Shown: positions 1 to 7,876 of the stretch, one piece after another
Layout: every line of letters starts with the position of its first letter
Position numbering within the stretch: position 1 is the stretch's first letter
Assembly: GCF_019464535.1 (NCBI RefSeq)
Contig: NZ_CP080507.1
Location: 990,001 to 1,022,000, forward strand
Length of the DNA: 32,000 bases
Direction of reading: 5' to 3'
Source: Horticoccus luteus
GTDB taxonomy: Bacteria > Verrucomicrobiota > Verrucomicrobiia > Opitutales > Opitutaceae
Notes under the pieces: model-generated
Told to the model about the DNA's origin: nothing
What the model saw: only the letters and a program-made list of their open reading frames with translations
Databases searched by the model: none
Position numbers and translations under genes: made by a program

Positions 1-81
1 GAGCCCGCGAGCGGCGACTGTGGCGGTTGGCGTGGTGGCCATGGCGCTTGTGGCGCAGCCGAAAGCGACCTAGGGCGGAGG

Positions 82-513
82 CTAGCTTCGCGCACCGATC
101 CACACGCCAAGTATGACAAGAGCCACGCCCAGCCACTGATGGATCTGCACGCGTTCACCGAGAAGAAGTGGCGTGAGAGCCAGAGTTAGCACGATCGCCA
201 GACTCATGAAGGGGTAGGCAAAACTAAGATCAGCGCGCGAAACGGCGGCCATCCATGTGAGGGCAGCGGCCCCCGCACACGCAAGGCCGAGCACTACAAG
301 AGGATTACTGAGCGCTTGTATAAGATGAGCCGTCCATCCTTCAGCGCCGCTCCCGAAACTGCCGATCTTCATCATGCCTTTCTTGAGAAGAAGCTGGCCT
401 GAGACGGTGAAAAAAACGGTGAGGAGGATAAACCCAACCCCAGAGGCATTAGTCGACTTCACGTTAGACGATGAATTGCTGGATACATTCGATGACCCGC
501 GCCTGATCTTCAT
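82..513 (-). CDS. Small 4-TM membrane protein of the SMR/EamA (DMT) type, ArnE/ArnF-like polyprenyl-phosphate-aminosugar flippase subunit
   Basis: 143-aa hydrophobic ORF. Motifs TVSGQLLLKKG, FAYPFMSLAIVLT and WLGVALVILGVWIG line up with E. coli ArnE as recalled (SVAGQLCQKQA / IAYPMLSLNFVW / WCGVAFIIGGIVIL). It is the last gene of the long minus-strand operon. The true start may be the GTG at 462, 2 nt past the upstream stop. The ATG at 513 would overlap the aminotransferase by 50 nt. Confidence 0.6.
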   Translation of the reverse strand: MKIRRGSSNVSSNSSSNVKSTNASGVGFILLTVFFTVSGQLLLKKGMMKIGSFGSGAEGWTAHLIQALSNPLVVLGLACAGAAALTWMAAVSRADLSFAYPFMSLAIVLTLALTPLLLGERVQIHQWLGVALVILGVWIGARS

Positions 514-1600
514 CAGAAAGCGTATTGTAAAAAGGCAGGCGGACGAGACGGTCGCTGACGTCTTCGGTCACGGGGCATTGCCCTGGCTTGAAATCCCAGC
601 GGCGGGCGTATTCGGAGAGATGCAAGGGGAGATAGTGAAAGACAGCCGAAATTTGCCGCTCTTTAAGGTGGGCGAGGAATCGCGTTCGTGCTGCAGCTGT
701 GGGCATGAGGAGATAGTACATATGCCAGGCCTGTTCGCAATGTGGAGGAATGAAGGGACGTCGCACATCATTGTGGGCAGCCCAAGATGTGAGCGCTTCG
801 TCATAGCGAAGCCACTTGTCACGCCGGTTGCTTTGGATAGTATCCCAACATTGGAGTTGGCCGAATAAAAAGGCGGCGAGCACGTCGCTCATCACGTAAC
901 TACTGCCAATGTCCACCCACGAGTATTTATCGATCTGGCCGCGAAAGAATCTCGCTCGATTGGTGCCTTTCTCGCGAATGATTTCCGCACGCTCAATCAA
1001 TGCCCGATCGTTGATGAGAAGCGCGCCTCCTTCGCCGCAGGTGATGTTTTTCGTTTCGTGAAAACTTTGCGTCGCAAGATCGCCGAGGGTGCCCAGCCAG
1101 CGTCCGCGATAGCGGCCGAACAAACCGTGCGCGTTGTCTTCCACCACGGCGGCGCCGTGGTGACGCGCGAGAGCCAGCAAGGGGTCCATTTCGCACGCGA
1201 CGCCTGCGTAGTGCACCGGAACGAGCGCCTTGGTTTTTGACGAGAAGAGTGCACCGACTTTGCTTTCATCGATATTGAGCGTATCTGGCCGAATATCGCA
1301 AAAGACGGGCCGCGCTCCGCGGAGCACAAAGGCGTTGACCGTCGAGACAAACGTGAACGCCGGGATGATCACTTCGTCACCGGGTTGGAAGTCGAGCAAG
1401 AGGGCGGACATTTCCAACGCATGAGTGCATGAGGTGGTGACGAGGGCGCGGGGAATGCCCAAGGTGCCTTCGAGCAATTGCTGGCATCGCCGGGAAAAGG
1501 TCTGATCGCCGGCGATCTGTCCGCTCGAAATGGATTGGAAAATAAATTCTAGCTCCCGTCCTTGGAGCGAGGAGCGGTTGAACGGAACAGGGGCGTTCAT
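464..1600 (-). CDS. wecE: DegT/WecE-family PLP aminotransferase (dTDP-4-amino-4,6-dideoxygalactose transaminase-like)
   Basis: Near-colinear with E. coli WecE/RffA from memory: PFN..., RRCQQLLE, PAFTFVSTVNAFVLRGARPVF, VPVHYAGVACEMD, SFHETKNITCGEGG (PLP lysine), ALIERAEIIREKGTNR, FFRGQIDKYSWVDIGSSYVMSD, AVFHYLPLH. Start placed at ATG 1600 (MNAPVPFN...), which forms an ATGA overlap with the upstream stop at 1597. The track start at 1630 is a 5' extension. The nucleotide carrier of the substrate (dTDP vs GDP) cannot be read from sequence. Confidence 0.85.
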   Translation of the reverse strand: MNAPVPFNRSSLQGRELEFIFQSISSGQIAGDQTFSRRCQQLLEGTLGIPRALVTTSCTHALEMSALLLDFQPGDEVIIPAFTFVSTVNAFVLRGARPVFCDIRPDTLNIDESKVGALFSSKTKALVPVHYAGVACEMDPLLALARHHGAAVVEDNAHGLFGRYRGRWLGTLGDLATQSFHETKNITCGEGGALLINDRALIERAEIIREKGTNRARFFRGQIDKYSWVDIGSSYVMSDVLAAFLFGQLQCWDTIQSNRRDKWLRYDEALTSWAAHNDVRRPFIPPHCEQAWHMYYLLMPTAAARTRFLAHLKERQISAVFHYLPLHLSEYARRWDFKPGQCPVTEDVSDRLVRLPFYNTLSDEDQARVIECIQQFIV

Positions 1601-2304
1601 GGATTTGAAATCGAGTGCCAAAGCCAGCAACCGACGGGAGCGGAGAAGCGGGCTCCGAGTTGGGCGTAGATGTTCATAACAGGAGTATTACGCACACTAA
1701 AGGCAGCCTGCCCGACGGTGAACCCGTGGTCCGCATAAAATCGAAGCGCGCGATGATACAGATGGTGACCGGAAATGGTCGAGCCCGCGGCCAGCATGGC
1801 GAGAGCGAGATGCAGCCCTGCGTTGGTGGGTTCGGCGATAAACCAGCCCTGCACGCGTCCAGCAAAGATGATTTGAACGCAAGAAGCCGGACTGCGGGTA
1901 ATCACTTCGTTCGCCCAACGGCTATATCGTTCCGCGAGGCGCGCCTTGTCCGCTCCGGGTAGTTGTAAGAATCGCTCGTGTTCGAAGTGGCGCATTTCGC
2001 CCGCGTTTAGTTGCCAGGGATGGGTCTTTGCACTGTGGCATTCGAGAGGAGCTAGCGAGGGAGACTGGGGCAAACGGGACAGCGACAAGCGAAAGTTAAT
2101 TTGCACATCGACAAAGGCGAATCCGGCTCGGGCCAACAGGAACGGGGAGGGCGACTGGGTGAGTGCCGCCTTGTATTCGACCCAGCTAAATCGGCCCAGA
2201 TCGTGTCGACGTGCGATTTCCTCCTGGTCGAACCAGCGAGCGTCCTCCACGAGTCCCACCGGAGAGCCCCACCAAGCGGTATTTGTTTCGTGCAGTCTAA
2301 TCAC
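1597..2304 (-). CDS. GNAT-fold N-acyltransferase, WecD (dTDP-fucosamine acetyltransferase)-like
   Basis: Same two-domain layout as E. coli WecD as recalled: N-terminal ...TAWWGSPVG..., a central FEHERF... segment and a C-terminal ...GCWLWH matching ...TAYWLYR. It lies immediately upstream of the WecE-like gene, as in wecD-wecE pairs. Start re-assigned to the GTG at 2304, which forms a GTGA overlap with the LuxC-like stop at 2301. The track start at 2358 would overlap by 58 nt. Confidence 0.6.
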   Translation of the reverse strand: MIRLHETNTAWWGSPVGLVEDARWFDQEEIARRHDLGRFSWVEYKAALTQSPSPFLLARAGFAFVDVQINFRLSLSRLPQSPSLAPLECHSAKTHPWQLNAGEMRHFEHERFLQLPGADKARLAERYSRWANEVITRSPASCVQIIFAGRVQGWFIAEPTNAGLHLALAMLAAGSTISGHHLYHRALRFYADHGFTVGQAAFSVRNTPVMNIYAQLGARFSAPVGCWLWHSISNP

Positions 2305-3482
2305 GTGGCGATTTGGACTTCGTCGAAGAGTTGGCGCCAGAAATTCCCGCCGTCCCAAATCGGGCCAAAATGGTGCATCCGACGCAGGGGAACCCAGCGC
2401 TTTATGTCGGTTTGAGCGAGCAGGGCGATCCAGTGGGCAGCCGACGGATCACGTAAGTGATGGCCGACGGTTTGAATATTGGCCGGCAGCGACGCAACGG
2501 CGGCCTCGGGCGTGGCCGAGACGATGGCGAGACTCATCGCGCCCCGCAGAGGGTCTTGTTCGAGCGAGCCAGCTGCCAAAACTGCCGCATTTTGATCGAC
2601 TGTAATCGACTGCCAGCCGTCGGCGAGTGCGAGTTGGTGATGGAGCACGTTCTGCGAAGCGACATGCATCGGCGTTTGCTCGCGTTGGACGGAGGGCCAC
2701 CGGGCCGCGAGTGCATCGCGCAATCTTAGGCAATCGTCGTGCGTACCATCGATTACCACGACACGTCGCGGTGAGGTGCAGCCGGTTTGACCATAGATGG
2801 CGAACACACTGATAAGCGCGTCCACAGCGGCATCGTCCATTGCCGCGAGTTCCACCCACACTTCGGATTGATGGTCGCCGAAGGGGAGGGCGATGCTGTC
2901 GGGGCGATGAGGCAGAGCGTGAATCTCTGTGATGGACGCATCAGAACCGAAAGCGATGCGAACATCTGCTTCCGCGGCCATGGTGCGGTTTCGAGGATCA
3001 AATCGATCAAAATTTGCAACGGTCACCTGGTCGCTCAAATAATGCTGCAGGTCGGACTTCGATGGAAGCTGCCTCCGAGCATAGGTGACGAATGCCTGAC
3101 ATAAGTCCGTGGCCCGAGAGCCCGACTTCACGTGGATTTGCGCGCCGGTCAAGCTGCACAAGATGAGTGTTAACGGACCGAGCAGGCTGACATTATTGGG
3201 CAGCCAAAGGGCGATGGTTGGCCGGGGGCGGAAAAGCGAAACCAGCTGCTGGGGATCACCGCCCTGCCGGCCAAAGGATAGGAGAGCCGGGCGCGCGAGC
3301 TGATCGCCATGAAGGAAATTCACCAAATAGGCCCATTCGTCGCGCGTGAAGGCGGGATCGACCCTGCGAACCATGGTGTAGCGGAGACTCTCCCAATCCG
3401 AAATGCGAATCGACAGAGCGAAGGGGAGGGCGACGGCTACGGTGCCCGCCGAATTTTGGAAGTACTCCAAGTGATCACACAT
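2301..3482 (-). CDS. LuxC-family acyl-CoA/acyl-protein reductase (aldehyde-forming)
   Basis: 393 aa. Contains WLPNNVSLLGPLTLILCSLTGAQIHVKSGS and a YGQTGCTSPRRVVVI segment carrying the ALDH-superfamily catalytic Cys, typical of LuxC-like reductases. Overlaps the LuxE-like gene by 8 nt. Confidence 0.75.
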   Translation of the reverse strand: MCDHLEYFQNSAGTVAVALPFALSIRISDWESLRYTMVRRVDPAFTRDEWAYLVNFLHGDQLARPALLSFGRQGGDPQQLVSLFRPRPTIALWLPNNVSLLGPLTLILCSLTGAQIHVKSGSRATDLCQAFVTYARRQLPSKSDLQHYLSDQVTVANFDRFDPRNRTMAAEADVRIAFGSDASITEIHALPHRPDSIALPFGDHQSEVWVELAAMDDAAVDALISVFAIYGQTGCTSPRRVVVIDGTHDDCLRLRDALAARWPSVQREQTPMHVASQNVLHHQLALADGWQSITVDQNAAVLAAGSLEQDPLRGAMSLAIVSATPEAAVASLPANIQTVGHHLRDPSAAHWIALLAQTDIKRWVPLRRMHHFGPIWDGGNFWRQLFDEVQIAT

Positions 3483-4521
3483 TCGCGCACCCTCGAACTT
3501 CGGCTTTAGGAATTCTACCGTGTAAATCGAAATGCGGGCCGGCTCGGCCGCACGGGCATGGAGTCGAATGAAGCACCCCGATATCCTCCGTCAATACGTT
3601 GTGGTAGGGCGCTCCAAAGCTGAGGGTGTTCATCAACTGCAGCATGCCTGGCTTTTCTCGGACGCAATCGAGCGTCCATGGATCGCGCGTAAGGGCCAGC
3701 GCCCATCGCGGGATGTGGCGGTGACCGGCTGGACATAGGGGAAAGATGACGCCCACCTGTTCCACCAGTCCGTAAAAATCGAGCACTTGGGAATTAGGCG
3801 CACCGGTCGCGATCAGCCGGCGGTCGAAGGCCGCTCGGTCGACGGCCTGCGCCTCGAGTTTTTTCCAACCCCCGCTATGAACGAATTGGATCCGAGTGCG
3901 GGCGAGCACTTGGCGGACAGTATCGGGAATCTCCGCAGTGGCCCAAGTTTGCCATAGGAGCCACGTGAAGCCGTAGACGCGCACATGATCGTGTTGTGCG
4001 CACACCGCGGCAATTTGGTCCCACAAAAGGCGTGGACCGGCGGGATCTTCCGCCATCACGAAGTGCAACGCCGAAGCCAGAGGACGCAAACTCAACGCTG
4101 CCGCGATGCGGGCGCTGGTTTCTCCTCGCTGGAGAAGAGATTTTGCATGATCGAGTACGATCAACGGGCGCAACTCGCCACCCAACGCGTCCCGCAAGAT
4201 GCTGGAGCTGCTCGCGGCTTGGAGTGTGGAGCTACGTTCATCGAGCGAAATGCGACTGTTACCTGCGTTGGAGGTTGCGGAACTCTTGAGCACGCGTTGG
4301 TGCCGCACGCCGGCGCCGGCGGTCTGCCACAGCCTTTTTTTGAAGACTCCCACGTGAAGGAAGGGAAGATCTTCTACGCGTGTAGAGTTTTTCCAGTCCG
4401 GCCAAATCGCGCGGTAGCCAGGACATCCGTCGATATGCCACTGCGTGAGCGCATTCATCTCCGCTAAAAAAGCGGCGTCGTCGCGTTCCGAAAAAGGGGG
4501 AAAGTGGAGAAGCTCACTCAT
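3475..4521 (-). CDS. LuxE-family acyl-protein synthetase (ATP-dependent carboxylate activation)
   Basis: Colinear with recalled Vibrio LuxE landmarks. LPFLHVGVFKK matches IPVFPTSMFK. VHSGGWKK matches ITGGGWK. IPRWALALTRDPWTL matches PPWVYARALDPETL. VLTEDIG matches IVTDDIG. The C-terminal RGCA matches KGCA. Start set to ATG 4521 (MSELLHFPPF...), an ATGA overlap with the Fe-ADH stop at 4518. The track start at 4611 would overlap by 94 nt. Confidence 0.75.
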   Translation of the reverse strand: MSELLHFPPFSERDDAAFLAEMNALTQWHIDGCPGYRAIWPDWKNSTRVEDLPFLHVGVFKKRLWQTAGAGVRHQRVLKSSATSNAGNSRISLDERSSTLQAASSSSILRDALGGELRPLIVLDHAKSLLQRGETSARIAAALSLRPLASALHFVMAEDPAGPRLLWDQIAAVCAQHDHVRVYGFTWLLWQTWATAEIPDTVRQVLARTRIQFVHSGGWKKLEAQAVDRAAFDRRLIATGAPNSQVLDFYGLVEQVGVIFPLCPAGHRHIPRWALALTRDPWTLDCVREKPGMLQLMNTLSFGAPYHNVLTEDIGVLHSTPCPCGRAGPHFDLHGRIPKAEVRGCANV

Positions 4522-5438
4522 GGGGTGAACTCGAGGAAGAATTCCCGATCGGCCGGACGAACCATACTGCAATTCGTCCGCGAGCAGCGGTCGCGAATGA
4601 CTGACGTCCAATGATCGGCCAGGAAGGGAAGGAGCGTGGCATAAGCCGGCGGGTCGAAAAACTCCCTCAGGCGGGTGTCGATAGAATCAAGGGTAATGAA
4701 ATGCTGGGCCAGCAACTCGCCAGGCTTGGTGCTCGTCGTGCGATTGAATCGAAAGACAGGGAGGAGAAATGTCGCACAGAGCTTCGCGTGTCCCCATGAG
4801 GGATCGCGGAGCATTGGTTCCAAGGTATGTGCAAGGCCATGAATCAACCCGACGCTCGAGCGCGCTTGTCCCGCGGCGGCAAGCGCGCTGACGTGAAACC
4901 ATTCGGGGTGGTGAGCGAGGGGTAATACGAGGAGGCGCCGAAGCAAATCGGCGAGGTCTTGCCGCAGTTCTTGCGAAGCAAGAGGGGAAAGAAAGCCCTC
5001 GAGCGCGTGGGCCCAAGTGTCTCCGCAAGCGGCGAAAATTCTATCGCCGGGTAGACTGACGGCAAGTTCAGGATGTTCGATGATAAGATCGGGCCGCAGC
5101 CGAGAATTGAGGTAAATGCGCTTATGATTCGCCTCGTTCACCACTGCAATCGGCGACGCTTCGGCGCCGCTGCCCCAGATCGTGGGCAGCGCAGCCAGTT
5201 TCCCCGCCGGGTAGGTCTGACGAAACAGCTTAGCCTCGTCGATCATGGTGCCGCCGCCGGCCACAACGAGCCAGCCGCCCTCTTGCAAAAATGCCGGCCG
5301 GTCGATTAACGGCCATAGTCGCTGATCGGCCAGCTTGCCGCGAACGGACGGGGTTGCCCAGAGTGCCGCCGCCGCACCGATCGAAGATCGAGCTTCCGCG
5401 AGCGTGCAACGCGGAGGAAGTTCAATCATCGAACGCAA
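4518..5438 (-). CDS. Iron-containing (group III) alcohol dehydrogenase family protein, short form
   Basis: Carries the GGGTMIDEAKLF nucleotide-binding motif, the metal-ligand region ACGDTWAHALEGF and the histidine motif GLIHGLAHTLEP. At 306 aa it is shorter than typical ~380-aa family members (N-terminal part missing). The start is uncertain within the first 4 codons. Confidence 0.75.
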   Translation of the reverse strand: MRSMIELPPRCTLAEARSSIGAAAALWATPSVRGKLADQRLWPLIDRPAFLQEGGWLVVAGGGTMIDEAKLFRQTYPAGKLAALPTIWGSGAEASPIAVVNEANHKRIYLNSRLRPDLIIEHPELAVSLPGDRIFAACGDTWAHALEGFLSPLASQELRQDLADLLRRLLVLPLAHHPEWFHVSALAAAGQARSSVGLIHGLAHTLEPMLRDPSWGHAKLCATFLLPVFRFNRTTSTKPGELLAQHFITLDSIDTRLREFFDPPAYATLLPFLADHWTSVIRDRCSRTNCSMVRPADREFFLEFTP

Positions 5439-5667
5439 TACCCTTAGAGCTAAGGATGGTCATGACGTGCTGCACGCCGGTGATGCTGTTAGCCTCGTCC
5501 GGGCTGAAATGGTAACCGAAAATTTGCTGCACACCGACAGCCAGAGCCACGACACCCAATGAGTCCCACGTCTCCACCTCGTCACGCCGCAAATCGAAAC
5601 GAAATTCGTCAGGCGAAAGGAGAAAGACATCTTGGATCAAGGCGCGGAGTTTTTCGCGATTGGACAT
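5422..5667 (-). CDS. Acyl carrier protein
   Basis: 81 aa with the phosphopantetheine attachment motif ETWDSLGVVALAV. The Ser codon lies at 5560..5562. Sits between the AMP-ligase and Fe-ADH genes. Confidence 0.85.
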   Translation of the reverse strand: MSNREKLRALIQDVFLLSPDEFRFDLRRDEVETWDSLGVVALAVGVQQIFGYHFSPDEANSITGVQHVMTILSSKGIAFDD

Positions 5668-5671
5668 GTGA

Positions 5672-6853
5672 TTAGGCTAATTGCCGCCAGACGACGGCTT
5701 TTCCGGCCAAATCCGTCAAGGCTCTGATATCCGTTTTCCCATTCGGCAACAGCGGCAGGGCAGAGAGCGTCTCAATGCGCAATGGCCAATGGGCTCGCGG
5801 GTGCTTGCGCCGCAAAGCGAGGAGGACTCCGTTGATTGCTTCGCGGGTCGCGAGGGGAGTGAGGACTAACACGCACCCATCTTCTCCGGTCGGATCTCTT
5901 TCGCGATAAAATGCGCATTGACCAGACCACGGAGCGGAGACGGTCGCGAGCAAAGCGAGCAGGGAGACCTTTTCGCCATGTCGTTTGAAAATGTCGTTAC
6001 CCCGGCCAAGGAGTCGCCATGCGCCGTCACCGTCTTGCGCAGCCAAATCTCCCGTGGGGAGCCATTCGTCGGGTTGAATTTCACGGCAGACCTGATTCTC
6101 GATGAGAGCAATGGCGCGGTAAGGACTGCGGAAGAAGAGCCGATCTGCGCCGTCAGTTTGAAGTTCTACGCCCGGCAGCGGCTGGCCAATGTTAGCGGGA
6201 TCGGCAGCCGCTTCGGCGGATCGCAACGCGAGTCGCGGCATGGCTTCGGCACAGCCGTAGTTGTTGTAAACGCGAGCTTCGGGGAACAGTCGCTTGAGCT
6301 GGGGTAGCTGTTCTTGGGGGAAGCGGCCTCCTGCGAAGTGAATGCGCCAAACACCTGGAAAAGTCTCAGTGGGAAATGCGTTCACAAGGAGCGGTACCTG
6401 CACGCCCACCAGGCAAAGCATAGCCTGATGTGCCGCACGGAGGTTTTCGCGGAGGGCATGAGGATCTGCCAAGCCCCGCGTAGGGACAAGCCGGCGCCTA
6501 AATTGCCGGGCCCAGAGCCACTGGTTCACAAAAGAGTAGCTATAAGAGAGCGGGAGGAGAAGAAGCGTTTCCTCGACCACATCGCTCGATTGCAGGTGGT
6601 GGAGGATGGCGACGAGGGCATCGGCGCGCCGACGTTCGCCAATGACGAGCTTCGGAGAGCCGGTACTTCCGGAGGTCAGCAGGATGAAATGCCATTCCCG
6701 CAAGTGCGGGGGCAGCGTCGCTGCACAGTCGGCGAGCCATTGGTCGTCGACGCTCAGTTTGGCCGAGACAAGAACGAAGGTCGCGGGGAGCGTCCATGCG
6801 CGTTCAAGAGCTTGCAGGTCGAAACTAGGCGTATCCTCGCGCAGGATCTTCAT
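5672..6853 (-). CDS. AMP-dependent synthetase/ligase (short adenylating enzyme, probable acyl-ACP ligase)
   Basis: AMP-binding signature LLTSGSTGSPKLV, plus YGCAE, LPTGDL, GRGNDIFKRHGEKVS and LPNGKTD. At 393 aa it is shorter than classic acyl-CoA synthetases. ATGA overlap with the GT2 stop at 6850. Confidence 0.85.
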   Translation of the reverse strand: MKILREDTPSFDLQALERAWTLPATFVLVSAKLSVDDQWLADCAATLPPHLREWHFILLTSGSTGSPKLVIGERRRADALVAILHHLQSSDVVEETLLLLPLSYSYSFVNQWLWARQFRRRLVPTRGLADPHALRENLRAAHQAMLCLVGVQVPLLVNAFPTETFPGVWRIHFAGGRFPQEQLPQLKRLFPEARVYNNYGCAEAMPRLALRSAEAAADPANIGQPLPGVELQTDGADRLFFRSPYRAIALIENQVCREIQPDEWLPTGDLAAQDGDGAWRLLGRGNDIFKRHGEKVSLLALLATVSAPWSGQCAFYRERDPTGEDGCVLVLTPLATREAINGVLLALRRKHPRAHWPLRIETLSALPLLPNGKTDIRALTDLAGKAVVWRQLA

Positions 6854-7875
6854 AATGAGCGAGGCAGTTGCTCAGAAGAAACGTGGCCCCGAATCGTATA
6901 CGCCGGTTTTTCCATAATGCGGAAATGCATCCGCGCGAGGTATTCGCCAATAACCCCGAGGGCAAAAAGCTGGACCCCAGCAAACATGGCTATGATGGAA
7001 GCGAGAAATGGGAACCCGGCGACCGCGCTGCCGAAGAGCATGTAACGGCCGACCACATAAGCCAGTACGGTGATGCCGAGAGCGGTGAAGGCGAAGCCCA
7101 TCATGCTGGCGAATTGAAGCGGCAGGACCGAAAAGCCCGTGGTCATGTTCAGTGCATGGCGCACGAGCTTTCCGAAAGTGTAATTCGATTTACCTTCAAA
7201 GCGTGGAGCATGGAGCACCTGCACCGAAGTGAAGCGAGTAGTGGCCCAAGTGAGCAGGACATCGATGGAGACGGTCGGGCTGCCGTAGTTTGCGAACGCC
7301 TGCCGCAGGTCGGTCCGAAAAACACGGAAGGCGCTTGTTTGCGCGGCGGTTTTGGCTCCCATGGCGCTCCGCAGGGCGAGTTTGGTGATAAGAGAGGCCA
7401 GATCGCGGAAGAGACCGTGTTGTTCTCGTGCGGGAGTGCCATAGACTACGTCGACGTCCTCCTCCAGCGCGGCCAAGAGCTTGTCGATTTCCGTCGGCGG
7501 ATGTTGTAGATCGTCATCCAGAGTGACGGTGACGTTGTAGCGCGCGTTCCGAAGGCCCGCGAGAAGTGCGTTATGTTGCCCGTAGTTTCGAAACAGGCAA
7601 ATCCCTCGCAGCCATGGGCGACCGGCCGCTAGTTCCGTGATGATGCTCCAGCTCGCATCATGGCTGCCGTCATTTACCAAAATCACTTCGAATGGCGTTT
7701 TCGCCTGCAGGAACGCCTGTTCGACGGCATCCACGAGCATAGGCAACGTTTTCGCGCTGTTGTAAACGGGGACGATGATGGAGTGACCAGCTGTGGTCGT
7801 TGCCCCGGTGCTCGATGCGGCATTCATGATGCTAAGTTGGCAAAACCTCATTTGGAGAGAGAGCGCACAAGCCAA
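6850..7875 (-). CDS. GT2 polyprenyl-phosphate glycosyltransferase (ArnC / GtrB / DPM1-like)
   Basis: Contains SIIVPVYNSAKTL, VILVNDGSHD, FRNYGQHNALLAGL and LDDDLQHPP, plus two C-terminal TM helices ending in GVIGEYLARM, the hallmark of ArnC/GtrB-type enzymes. The true start is probably ATG 7827 (MNAASS...) rather than 7875. Confidence 0.85.
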   Translation of the reverse strand: MACALSLQMRFCQLSIMNAASSTGATTTAGHSIIVPVYNSAKTLPMLVDAVEQAFLQAKTPFEVILVNDGSHDASWSIITELAAGRPWLRGICLFRNYGQHNALLAGLRNARYNVTVTLDDDLQHPPTEIDKLLAALEEDVDVVYGTPAREQHGLFRDLASLITKLALRSAMGAKTAAQTSAFRVFRTDLRQAFANYGSPTVSIDVLLTWATTRFTSVQVLHAPRFEGKSNYTFGKLVRHALNMTTGFSVLPLQFASMMGFAFTALGITVLAYVVGRYMLFGSAVAGFPFLASIIAMFAGVQLFALGVIGEYLARMHFRIMEKPAYTIRGHVSSEQLPRSL

Positions 7876-7876
7876 T

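Noticed and set aside
1-81. Partial coding signal at the left edge. Either the plus-strand frame 2 ends at the TAG at 71..73 (...VAVGVVAMALVAQPKAT*), or a minus-strand gene starts at ATG 42..40 (MATTPTATVAARGL...), possibly a second ArnF-like subunit.
   Set aside because: Fewer than 25 codons are visible and both frames have GC-rich third positions, so I cannot decide which, if either, is real. Not reported as a feature.
1946-7045. Plus-strand ORFs within the acyl cassette (for example 1946..2605, 3985..4467, 6314..7045, 6868..7509)
   Set aside because: They lie opposite well-supported minus-strand genes (WecD-like/LuxC, LuxE, AMP-ligase, GT2) and have no family features.
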